Notes under the pieces: generated by a model | What the model was told of the DNA's origin: nothing | Databases searched by the model: none | Seen by the model: only the letters and a program-made list of their open reading frames with translations | NCBI RefSeq assembly: GCF_009914755.1 | Contig: NC_060939.1 | Source: the human T2T-CHM13v2.0 reference genome, Homo sapiens | Length of the DNA stretch: 64,000 nt | Reading direction: 5' to 3' (one strand) | Shown here: positions 12,601 to 26,300 of the stretch, one piece after another | Layout: each line of letters opens with the position of its first letter | How positions within the stretch are numbered: position 1 is the stretch's first letter | Translations under genes and position numbers: made by a program

Positions 12601-15600
12601 CTTTCCATTCCATTTCATTCCATTCCATTCCATTCCATTTCATTCCAATCCATTCCATTCGCTTCCATTCCATTCCTGTCCATTCCACTCCAGTCCATTC
12701 CATTCGTGTCCATTCCATTCCAGTCCATTCCATTTGTGTCCACTCATTCCCTTCCACTCCATTCCATGTTATTCCATTATACTCCATTCCATTCTATTAC
12801 TTTCATTTCCATTCAATTCCATTCCATTTGATTCCATTCCACTCGGTTTCATTCCATTTGAGTCCACTCCATTCCATTCCATTCCATTCCATTCAGTTCC
12901 ATTGCATTCTGTTCCATTCCATTCCGTTCCATTACATTCCATTCCATTCGGTACCATTCCATATTGTTCCATTCGAATCCATTCGAATCCATTCCATTCC
13001 AGTCCATTCCATTCGATTCCATTCCATTCATTTCAATTCCATTCCATTCCATTCCATTACATTCCACTTGATTCCTCTCCATTCCCTTCCACTGCATTCC
13101 GTTCGATTCCATTCCATTGCATTTCATTCCATTCCATTGGATTGTATTCCATTCGATTCCATTCCATTCGAATCAATTAAATAGCAATCCATTACATTCG
13201 AGTCTATTCTATTCCGTTCCATTCGATTTCGTTCCAATCCATTCGATTCCATTCCATTCGATTCCATTCCATACTATTGCATTCCATTCGATTACATTAT
13301 ATTCGAATAAGTTCCATTCAAGACCATTTCTTTTGAGTCCATTCTATTTGAGTCCATTCCCTTTGATTCCATAACATTTGAGTCCATTCAATTCCATTCC
13401 TTTCGTTTCCATTCCATTTGATGCCATTCCATTCAATTCTGTTCTACTCGACTCCAATACATTCAATTCCATTCCATCCGATTCCATTACATTCTTTTCA
13501 TTTCTTATCCATTTCAAGCCATTCCACTCCATTCCATTCCACTCGTTTCCTTTCCATTCGAGTCCATTCCTCTCCAGTCCATTCCGTTCAATCCATTCCA
13601 TTCCAGTCCATTCCATTCGAGTCCGTTCCATTCCAGTCCATTCCATTCGAGTCAATTCCATTCCATTCGATGTCTTTCCATAACGATCCATTCCATTCTA
13701 TTCCTTTTGATTCCTTTCCATTCTATTTCATTCCATTCGATTCCCTTCCATTGGACTCCTTTCCATTCGAGTGCATTCCATTCCTTTCCATTTCTTTCCG
13801 TTCTGTACGATTCCTACCGTTCGATTTCATTTTGTTCCAGTCCATTCCTTTCGCGTCCATTCCATTCCATTTCACTCCATTCGATTCCATTCCACTCGAT
13901 TCCACTTCGTTCCATTTCATTGCATTCCATTCTATTCAACTCTATTGCCTTCCATTCCATTCCATTCGATTACATTCCATGGGATTCCATTCGAAATCGA
14001 ATCAATTACATTGCAATCCATTACTATTGAGTCCGTTTTATTCCAGTCCACTGCATTCTGGTCCATTCCATTTGATTCCATTCCATTCTATTCCATTCCA
14101 TACAGTTGCATTCCATTGGATTCCATGCTATATCTCTAAATTCAATTCGAGACCATTGCTTTTGAGTCCATTCTATATGATTCCATTCCATTCAAGTCCA
14201 TTACATTTGGTTCAATTCCATTCCATTCCATTCCCTTCCATTCCATTCCATTTGATATCAATCCATTCGATTCCATTCCATTCGAGCACATTCCATTCGA
14301 GTCCATTCCATTCGATGCCATTCCATTTGATTCTATTCCATTAGTCTCCATTCAATTCCATTAATCTCCATTCCATTCCATTCTACTCCAACTGATTCCA
14401 TTCCATTCTATTCCTTTCCATTCCATTTCATTCCATTCCATTCCATTTCATTCCATTCCATTCCATTCGTGTCCATTCCACTCCAGTCCATTCCATTCGT
14501 GTCCATTCCATTCCAGTCCATTCCATTTGTGTCCACTGCATTCCATTCCACTCCATTCCATATTATTCCATTACACTCCATTCCATTCTATTACTTTCAT
14601 TTCCATTCAATTCCATTCCATTTGATTCCATTCCACTCGGTTTCATTCCATTTGAGTCCACTCCATTCCATTCCATTCCATTCCATTCAGTTCCATTCCA
14701 TTCTGTTCCATTCCATTCCGTTCCATTACATTCCATTCCATTCGTTACCATGCCATATTGTTCCATTCGATTCCATTCGAATCCATTCCATTCCAGTCCA
14801 TTCCATTCGATTCCATTCCATTCATTTCAATTCCATTCCATTCCATTCCATTACATTCCACTTGATTCCTCTCCATTCCCTTCCACTGCATTCCGTTCGA
14901 TTCCATTCCATTGCATTGCATTCCATTCCATTGGATTGCATTCCATTCGATTCCATTCCATTCGAATCAATTACATAGCAATCCATTACATTCGAGTCTA
15001 TTCTATTCCGTTCCATTCGATTTCGTTCCAATCCATTCGATTCCATTCCATTCGATTCCATTCCATACTATTGCATTCCATTCGATTACATTATATTCGA
15101 ATAAGTTCCATTCAAGACCATTTCTTTTGAGTCCATTCTATTTGAGTCCATTCCCTTTGATTCCATAACATTTGAGTCCATTCAATTCCATTCCTTCGTT
15201 TCCATTCCATTTGATGCCATTCCATTCAATTCTGTTCTACTCGACTCCAATACATTCAATTCCATTCCATCCGATTCCATTACATTCTTTTCATTTCTCA
15301 TCCATTTCAAGCCATTCCACTCCATTCCATTCCACTCGTTTCCTTTCCATTCGAGTCCATTCCTCTCCAGTCCATTCCGTTCAATCCATTCCATTCCAGT
15401 CCATTCCATTCGAGTCCGTTTCTTTCCAGTCCATTCCATTCGAGTCAATTCCATTCCATTCGATGTCTTTCCATAACGATCCATTCCATTCTATTCCTTT
15501 CGATTCCATTCCATTCTATTTCATTCCATTCGATTCCCTTCCATTGGACTCCTTTCCATTCGAGTGCATTCCATTCCGTTCCATTTCTTTCCGTTCTGTA

Positions 15601-18600
15601 CGATTCCTACCGTTCGATTTCATTTTGTTCCAGTCCATTCCTTTCGCGTCCATTCCATTCCATTTCACTCCATTCGATTCCATTCCACTCGATTCCACTT
15701 CGTTACATTTCATTGCATTTCATTCTATTCAACTCTATTGCCTTCCATTCCATTCCATTCGATTACATTCCATGCGATTCCATTCGAAATCGAATCAATT
15801 ACATTGCAATCCATTACTATTGAGTCCGTTTTATTCCAGTCCACTGCATTCTGGTCCATTCCATTTGATTCCATTCCATTCTATTCCATTCCATACAGTT
15901 GCATTCCATTGGATTCCATTCTATATCTATAAATTCAATTCGAGACCATTGCTTTGGAGTCCATTCTATATGATTCCATTCCATTCAAGTCCATTAAATT
16001 TGGTTCAATTCCATTCCATTCCATTCCCTTCCATTCCATTCCAATTGATATCATTCCATTCGATTCCATTCCATTCGAGCACATTCCATTCGAGTCCACT
16101 CCCTTAGATGCCATTCCATTTGATTCTATTCCATTAGTCTCCATTCAATTCCATTAATCTCCATTCCATTCCATTCTACTCCAACTGATTCCATTCCATT
16201 CTATTCCTTTCCATTCCATTTCATTCCATTCCATTCCATTCCATTTCATTCCAATCCATTCCATTCGCTTCCATTCCATTCGTGTCCATTCCACTCCAGT
16301 CCATTCCATTCGTGTCCATTCCATTCCAGTCCATTCCATTTGTGTCCACTGCATTCCATTCCACTCCATTCCATATTATTCCATTGCACTCCATTCCATT
16401 CTATTACTTTCATTTCCATTCAATTCCATTCCATTTGATTCCATTCCACTCGGTTTCATTCCATTTGAGTCCACTCCATTCCATTCCATTCCATTCCATT
16501 CAGTTCCATTCCATTCTGTTCCAATCCATTCCATTCCATTGCATTCCATTCCATTCGGTACCATTCCATATTGTTCCATTCGATTCCATTCGAATCCATT
16601 CCATTCCAGTCCATTCCATTCGATTCCATTCCATTCCTTTACATTCCATTCCATTCCATTCCATTCCACTTGATTCCACTCCATTCCCTTCCACTGCATT
16701 CCATTCGATTCCATTCCATTGCATTGCATTCCATTCCATTGGACTGCATTCCATTCGATTCCATTCCTTTCGAATCAATTACATAGCAATACATTACATT
16801 CGAGTCTATTCTATTCCGTTCCATTCGATTTCGTTCCAATCCATTCGATTCCATTCCATTCGATTCCATTCCATACTATTGCATTCCATTCTATTACATT
16901 ATATTCGAATAAGTTCCATTCAAGACCATTTCTTTTGAGTCCATTCTATTTGAGTCCATTCCCTTTGATTCCATAACATTTGAGTCCATTCAATTCCATT
17001 CCTTTCGTTTCCATTCCATTTGATGCCATTACATTCAATTCTGTTCTACTCGACTCCAATACATTCAATTCCATTCCATCCGATTCCATTACATTCTTTT
17101 CATTTCTTATCCATTTCAAGCCATTCCACTCCATTCCATTCCACTCGTTTCCTTTCCATTCGAGTCCATTCCTCTCCAGTCCATTCCGTTCAATCCATTC
17201 CATTCCAGTCCATTCCATTCGAGTCCGTTCCATTCCAGTCCATTCCATTCGAGTCAATTCCATTCCATTCGATGTCTTTTCATAACGATCCATTCCATTC
17301 TATTCCTTTCGATTCCATTCCATTCTATTTCATTCCATTCGATTCCCTTCCATTGGACTCCTTTCCATTCGAGTGCATTCCATTCCGTTCCATTTCTTTC
17401 CGTTCTGTACGATTCCTACCGTTCGATTTCATTTTGTTCCAGTCCATTCCTTTCGCGTCCATTCCATTCCATTTCACTCCATTCGATTCCATTCCACTCG
17501 ATTCCACTTCGTTCCATTGCATTGCATTCCATTCTATTCAACTCCATTACCTTCCTTTCCATTCCATTCGATTACATTCCATGCGATTCCATTCGAAATC
17601 GAATCAATTACATTGCAATCCATTACTATTGAGTCCGTTTTATTCCAGTCCACTGCATTCTGGTCCATTCCATTTGATTCCATTCCATTCTATTCCATTC
17701 CATACAGTTGCATTCCATTGGATTCCATTCTATATCTATAAATTCAATTCGAGCTCATTGCTTTGGAGTCCATTCTATATGATTCCATTCCATTCAAGTC
17801 CATTACATTTCGTTCAATTCCATTCCATTCCATTCCCTTCCATTCCATTCCAGTTGATATCAATCCATTCGATTCCATTCCATTCGAGCACATTCCATTC
17901 GAGTCCATTCCATTCGATGCCATTCCATTTGATTCTATTCCATTAGTCTCCATTCAAATCCATTAATCTCCATTCCATTCCATTCTACTCCAACTGACTC
18001 CATTCCATTCTATTCCTTTCCATTCCATTTCATTCCATTCCATTCCATTCGCTTCCATTCCATTCGTGTCCATTCCACTCCAGTCCATTCCATTCATGTC
18101 CATTCCATTCCAGTCCATTCCATTTGTGTCCACTGCATTCCATTCCACTCCATTCCATATTATTCAATTACACTCCATTCCATTCTATTACTTTCATTTC
18201 CATTCAATTCCATTCCATTTGATTCCATTCCACTCGGTTTCATTCCATTTGAGTCCACTCCATTCCATTCCATTCCATTCCATTCAGTTCCATTCCATTC
18301 TGTTCCAATCCATTCCATTCCATTGCATTCCATTCCATTCGGTACCATTCCATATTGTTCCATTCGATTCCATTCGAATCCATTGCATTCCAGTCCATTC
18401 CATTCGATTCCATTCCATTCCTTTACATTCCATTCCATTCCACTTGATTCCACTCCATTCCCTTCCACTGCATTCCATTCGATTCCATTCCATTGCATTG
18501 CATTCCATTCCATTGGACTGCATTCCATTCGATTCCATTCCATTCGAATCAATTACATAGCAATCCATTACATTCGAGTCTATTCTATTCCGTTCCATTC

Positions 18601-21600
18601 GATTTCGTTCCAATCCATTCGATTCCATTCCATTCGATTCCATTCCATACTATTGCATTCCATTGTATTACATTATATTCGAATAAGTTCCATTCAAGAC
18701 CATTTCTTTTGAGTCCATTCTATTTGAGTCCATTCCCTTTGATTCCATAACATTTGAGTCCATTCAATTCCATTCCTTCGTTTCCATTCCATTTGATGCC
18801 ATTCCATTCAATTCTGTTCTACTCGACTCCAATACATTCAATTCCATTCCATCCGATTCCATTACATTCTTTTCATTTCTTATCCATTTCAAGCCATTCC
18901 ACTCCATTCCATTCCACTCGTTTCCTTTCCATTCGAGTCCATTCCTCTCCAGTCCATTCCGTTCAATCCATTCCATTCCAGTCCATTCCATTCGAGTCCG
19001 TTTCTTTCCAGTCCATTCCATTCGAGTCAATTCCATTCCATTCGATGTCTTTCCATAACGATCCATTCCATTCTATTCCTTTCGATTCCATTCCATTCTA
19101 TTTCATTCCATTCGATTCCCTTCCATTGGACTCCTTTCCATTCGAGTGCATTCCATTCCGTTCCATTTCTTTCCGTTCTGTACGATTCCTACCGTTCGAT
19201 TTCATTTTGTTCCAGTCCATTCCTTTCGCGTCCATTCCATTCCATTTCACTCCATTCGATTCCATTCCACTCGATTCCACTTCGTTCCATTGCATTGCAT
19301 TCCATTCTATTCAACTCCATTACCTTCCTTTCCATTCCATTCGATTACATTCCATGCGATTCCATTCGAAATCGAATCAATTACATTGCAATCCATTACT
19401 ATTGAGTCCGTTTTATTCCAGTCCACTGCATTCTGGTCCATTCCATTTGATTCCATTCCATTCTATTCCATTCCATACAGTTGCATTCCATTGGATTCCA
19501 TTCTATATCTATAAATTCAATTCGAGCTCATTGCTTTGGAGTCCATTCTATATGATTCCATTCCATTCAAGTCCATTACATTTCGTTCAATTCCATTCCA
19601 TTCCATTCCCTTCCATTCCATTCCAGTTGATATCAATCCATTCGATTCCATTCCATTCGAGCACATTCCATTCGAGTCCATTCCATTCGATGCCATTCCA
19701 TTTGATTCTATTCCATTAGTCTCCATTCAAATCCATTAATCTCCATTCCATTCCATTCTACTCCAACTGACTCCATTCCATTCTATTCCTTTCCATTCCA
19801 TTTCATTCCATTCCATTCCATTCGCTTCCATTCCATTCGTGTCCATTCCACTCCAGTCCATTCCATTCATGTCCATTCCATTCCAGTCCATTCCATTTGT
19901 GTCCACTGCATTCCATTCCACTCCATTCCATATTATTCAATTACACTCCATTCCATTCTATTACTTTCATTTCCATTCAATTCCATTCCATTTGATTCCA
20001 TTCCACTCGGTTTCATTCCATTTGAGTCCACTCCATTCCATTCCATTCCATTCCATTCAGTTCCATTCCATTCTGTTCCAATCCATTCCATTCCATTGCA
20101 TTCCATTCCATTCGGTACCATTCCATATTGTTCCATTCGATTCCATTCGAATCCATTGCATTCCAGTCCATTCCATTCGATTCCATTCCATTCCTTTACA
20201 TTCCATTCCATTCCACTTGATTCCACTCCATTCCCTTCCACTGCATTCCATTCGATTCCATTCCATTGCATTGCATTCCATTCCATTGGACTGCATTCCA
20301 TTCGATTCCATTCCATTCGAATCAATTACATAGCAATCCATTACATTCGAGTCTATTCTATTCCGTTCCATTCGATTTCGTTCCAATCCATTCGATTCCA
20401 TTCCATTCGATTCCATTCCATACTATTGCATTCCATTGTATTACATTATATTCGAATAAGTTCCATTCAAGACCATTTCTTTTGAGTCCATTCTATTTGA
20501 GTCCATTCCCTTTGATTCCATAACATTTGAGTCCATTCAATTCCATTCCTTCGTTTCCATTCCATTTGATGCCATTCCATTCAATTCTGTTCTACTCGAC
20601 TCCAATACATTCAATTCCATTCCATCCGATTCCATTACATTCTTTTCATTTCTTATCCATTTCAAGCCATTCCACTCCATTCCATTCCACTCGTTTCCTT
20701 TCCATTCGAGTCCATTCCTCTCCAGTCCATTCCGTTCAATCCATTCCATTCCAGTCCATTCCATTCGAGTCCGTTTCTTTCCAGTCCATTCCATTCGAGT
20801 CAATTCCATTCCATTCGATGTCTTTCCATAACGATCCATTCCATTCTATTCCTTTCGATTCCATTCCATTCTATTTCATTCCATTCGATTCCCTTCCATT
20901 GGACTCCTTTCCATTCGAGTGCATTCCATTCCGTTCCATTTCTTTCCGTTCTGTACGATTCCTACCGTTCGATTTCATTTTGTTCCAGTCCATTCCTTTC
21001 GCGTCCATTCCATTCCATTTCACTCCATTCGATTCCATTCCACTCGATTCCACTTCGTTCCATTGCATTGCATTTCATTCTATTCAACTCTATTGCCTTC
21101 CATTCCATTCCATTCGATTACATTCCATGCGATTCCATTCGAAATCGAATCAATTACATTGCAATCCATTACTATTGAGTCCGTTTTATTCCAGTCCACT
21201 GCATTCTGGTCCATTCCATTTGATTCCATTCCATTCTATTCCATTCCATACAGTTGCATTCCATTGGATTCCATTCTATATCTATAAATTCAATTCGAGA
21301 CCATTGCTTTGGAGTCCATTCTATATGATTCCATTCCATTCAAGTCCATTAAATTTGGTTCAATTCCATTCCATTCCATTCCCTTCCATTCCATTCCAAT
21401 TGATATCATTCCATTCGATTCCATTCCATTCGAGCACATTCCATTCGAGTCCACTCCCTTAGATGCCATTCCATTTGATTCTATTCCATTAGTCTCCATT
21501 CAATTCCATTAATCTCCATTCCATTCCATTCTACTCCAACTGATTCCATTCCATTCTATTCCTTTCCATTCCATTTCATTCCATTCCATTCCATTCCATT

Positions 21601-22331
21601 TCATTCCAATCCATTCCATTCGCTTCCATTCCATTCGTGTCCATTCCACTCCAGTCCATTCCATTCGTGTCCATTCCATTCCAGTCCATTCCATTTGTGT
21701 CCACTGCATTCAATTCCACTCCATTCCATATTATTCCATTGCACTCCATTCCATTCTATTACTTTCATTTCCATTCAATTCCATTCCATTTGATTCCATT
21801 CCACTCGGTTTCATTCCATTTGAGTCCACTCCATTCCATTCCATTCCATTCCATTCAGTTCCATTCCATTCTGTTCCAATCCATTCCATTCCATTGCATT
21901 CCATTCCATTCGGTACCATTCCATATTGTTCCATTCGATTCCATTCGAATCCATTCCATTCCAGTCCATTCCATTCGATTCCATTCCATTCCTTTACATT
22001 CCATTCCATTCCATTCCATTCCACTTGATTCCACTCCATTCCCTTCCACTGCATTCCATTCGATTCCATTCCATTGCATTGCATTCCATTCCATTGGACT
22101 GCATTCCATTCGATTCCATTCCTTTCGAATCAATTACATAGCAATCCATTACATTCGAGTCTATTCTATTCCGTTCCATTCGATTTCGTTCCAATCCATT
22201 CGATTCCATTCCATTCGATTCCATTCCATACTATTGCATTCCATTCGATTACATTATATTCGAATAAGTTCCATTCAAGACCATTTCTTTTGAGTCCATT
22301 CTATTTGAGTCCATTCCCTTTGATTCCATAA
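3600..22331 (+). repeat. Monomer lineage B (tail of U2 to U12), including alternating 1774/1808-bp units
   Basis: Shared markers TTGCTTTGGAGTCC, CCTTTACATTCC, TGTTCCAATCC and GGACTGC. SacI GAGCTC at 5177, 6981, 10563, 17751, 19524. Interrupted by a lineage-C island at ~12.8-15.2 kb. Confidence 0.8.
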
Positions 22332-23399
22332 CATTTGAGTCCATTCAATTCCATTCCTTTCGTTTCCATTCCATTTGATGCCATTCCATTCAATTCGGTT
22401 CTACTCGACTCCAATACATTCAATTCCATTCCATCCGATTCCATTACATTCTTTTCATTTCTTATCCATTTCAAGCCATTCCACTCCATTCCATTCCACT
22501 CGTTTCCTTTCCATTCGAGTCCATTCCTCTCCAGTCCATTCCGTTCAATCCATTCCATTCCAGTGCATTCCATTCGAGTCCGTTCCATTCCAGTCCATTT
22601 CATTCGAATCACTTCCATTCCATTCGATGTCTTTCCATAACGATCCATTCCATTCTATTCCTTTCGATTCCATTCCATTCTATTTCATTCCATTCGATTC
22701 CCTTCCATTGGACTCCTTTCCATTCGAGTGCATTCCATTCCGTTCCATTTCTTTCCGTTCTGTACGATTCCTACCGTTCGTTTTCATTTTGTTCCAGTCC
22801 ATTCCTTTCGCGTCCATTCCATTCCATTTCACTCCATTCGATTCCATTCCACTCGATTCTACTTCGTTCCATTTCATTGCATTCCATTCTATTCAACTCT
22901 ATTGTCTTCCATTCCATTCCATTCGATTACATTCCATGCGATTCCATTCGAAATCGAATCAATTACATTGCAATCCATAACTATTGAGTCCGTTTTATTC
23001 CAGTCCACTGCATTCTGGTCCATTCCATTTGATTCCATTCCATTCTATTCCATTCCATACAGTTGCATTCCATTGGATTCCATTCTATATCTATAAATTC
23101 AATTCGAGACCATTGCTTTTGAGTCCATTCTATATGATTCCATTCCATTCAAGTCCATTACATTTGGTTCAATTCCATTCCATTCCATTCCCTTCCATTC
23201 CATTCCAGTTGATATCAATCCATTCGATTCCATTCCATTCGAGCACATTCCATTCGATTCCATTCCATTCGATGCCATTCTATTTGATTCTATTCCATTA
23301 GTCTCCATTCAATTCCATTAATCTCCATTCCATTCCATTCTACTCCAACTGATTCCATTCCATTCTATTCCTTTCCATTCCATTTCATTCCATTCCATT

Positions 23400-26300
23400 C
23401 CATTTCATTCCATTCCATTCCATTCGTGTCCATTCCACTCCAGTCCATTCCATTCGTGTCCATTCCATTCCAGTCCATTCCATTTGTGTCCACTGCATTC
23501 CATTCCACTCCATTCCATATTATTCCATTACACTCCATTCCATTCTATGACTTTCATTTCCATTCAATTCCATTCCATTTGATTCCATTCCACTCGGTTT
23601 CATTCCATTTGAGTCCACTCCATTCCATTCCATTCCATTCAGTTCCATTCCATTCTGTTCCATTCCATTCCGTTCCGTTACATTCCATTCCATTCGGTAC
23701 CATTCCATATGGTTCCATTCGATTCCATTCGAATCCATTCCATTCCAGTCCATTCCATTCGATTCCATTCCATTCATTTCAATTCCATTCCATTCCATTC
23801 CATTACATTCCACTTGATTCCTCTCCATTCCCTTCCACTGCATTCCGTTCGATTCCATTCCATTGCATTGCATTCCATTCCATTGGATTGCATTCCATTC
23901 GATTCCATTCCATTCGAATCAATTACATAGCAATCCATTACATTCGAGTCTATTCTCTTCCGTTCCATTCGATTTCGTTCCAATCCATTCGATTCCATTC
24001 CATTCGATTCCATTCCATACTATTGCATTCCATTCGATTACATTATATTCGAATAAGTTCCATTCAAGACCATTTCTTTTGAGTCCATTCTATTTGAGTC
24101 CATTCCCTTTGATTCCATAACATTTGAGTCCATTCAATTCCATTCCTTTCGTTTCCATTCCATTTGATGCCATTCCATTCAATTCTGTTCTACTCGACTC
24201 CAATACATTCAATTCCATTCCATCCGATTCCATTACATTCTTTTCATTTCTTATCCATTTCAAGCCATTCCACTCCATTCCATTCCACTCGTTTCCTTTC
24301 CATTCGAGTCCATTCCTCTCCAGTCCATTCCGTTCAATCCATTCCATTCCAGTCCATTCCATTCGAGTCCGTTCCATTCCAGTCCATTCCATTCGAGTCA
24401 ATTCCATTTCATTCGATGTCTTTCCATAACGATCCATTCCATTCTATTCCTTTCGATTCCATTCCATTCTATTTCATTCCATTCGATTCCCTTCCATTGG
24501 ACTCCTTTCCATTCGAGTGCATTCCATTCCGTTCCATTTCTTTCCGTTCTGTACGATTCCTACCGTTCGATTTCATTTTGTTCCAGTCCATTCTTTCGCG
24601 TCCATTCCATTCCATTTCACTCCATTCGATTCCATTCCACTCGATTCCACTTCGTTCCATTTCATTGCATTCCATTCTATTCAAATCTATTGCCTTCCAT
24701 TCCATTCCATTCGATTACATTCCATGCGATTCCATTCGAAATCGAATCAATTACATTGCAATCCATTACTATTGAGTCCGTTTTATTCCAGTCCACTGCA
24801 TTCTGGTCCATTCCATTTGATTCCATTCCATTCTATTCCATTCCATACAGTTGCATTCCATTGGATTCCATGCTATATCTATAAATTCAATTCGAGACCA
24901 TTGCTTTTGAGTCCATTCTATATGATTCCATTCCATTCAAGTCCATTACATTTGGTTAAATTCCATTCCATTCGGTTCAATTCCATTTCATTCCATTCCC
25001 TTCCATTCCATTCCAGTTGATATCAATCCATTCGATTCCATTCCATTCGAGCACATTCCATTCGATGCCATTCCATTTGATTCTATTCCATTAGTCTCCA
25101 TTCAATTCCATTAATCTCCATTCCATTCCATTCTACTCCAACTGATTCCATTCCATTCTATTCCATTCCATTCCATTTCATTCCATTCCATTCCATTTCA
25201 TTCCATTCCATTCCATTCGTGTCCATTCCACTGCAGTCCATTCCATTCGTGTCCATTCCATTCCAGTCCATTCGATTTGTGTCCACTGCATTCAATTCCA
25301 CTCCATTCCATATTATTCCATTACACTCCATTCCATTCTATGACTTTCATTTCCATTCAATTCCATTCCATTTGATTCCATTCCACTCGGTTTCATTCCA
25401 TTTGAGTCCACTCCATTCCATTCCATTCCATTCCATTCAGTTCCATTCCATTCTGTTCCATTCCATTCCGTTCCATTACATTCCATTCCATTCGGTACCA
25501 TTCCATATTGTTCCATTCGATTCCATTCGAATGCATTCCATTCCAGTCCATTCCATTCGATTCCATTCCATTCATTTCAATTCCATTCCATTCCATTACA
25601 TTACATTCCCCTTGATTCCTCTCCATTCCCTTCCACTGCATTCCGTTCGATTCCATTCCATTGCATTGCATTCCATTCCATTGGATTGCATTCCATTCGA
25701 TTCCATTCCATTCGAATCAATTACATAGCAATCCATTACATTCGAGTCTATTCTATTCCGTTCCATTCGATTTCGTTCCAATCCATTCGATTCCATTCCA
25801 TTCGATTCCATTCCATACTATTGCATTCCATTCGATTACATTATATTCGAATAAGTTCCATTCAAGACCATTTCTTTTGAGTCCATTCTATTTGAGTCCA
25901 TTCCCTTTGATTCCATAACATTTGAGTCCATTCAATTCCATTCCTTTCGTTTCCATTCCATTTGATGCCATTCCATTCAATTCTGTTCTACTCGACTCCA
26001 ATACATTCAATTCCATTCCATCCGATTCCATTACATTCTTTTCATTTCTTATCCATTTCAAGCCATTCCACTCCATTCCATTCCACTCGTTTCCTTTCCA
26101 TTCGAGTCCATTCCTCTCCAGTCCATTCCGTTCAATCCATTCCATTCCAGTCCATTCCATTCGAGTCCGTTCCATTCCAGTCCATTCCATTCGAGTCAAT
26201 TCCATTCCATTCGATGTCTTTCCATAACGATCCATTCCATTCTATTCCTTTCGATTCCATTCCATTCTATTTCATTCCATTCGATTCCCTTCCATTGGAC

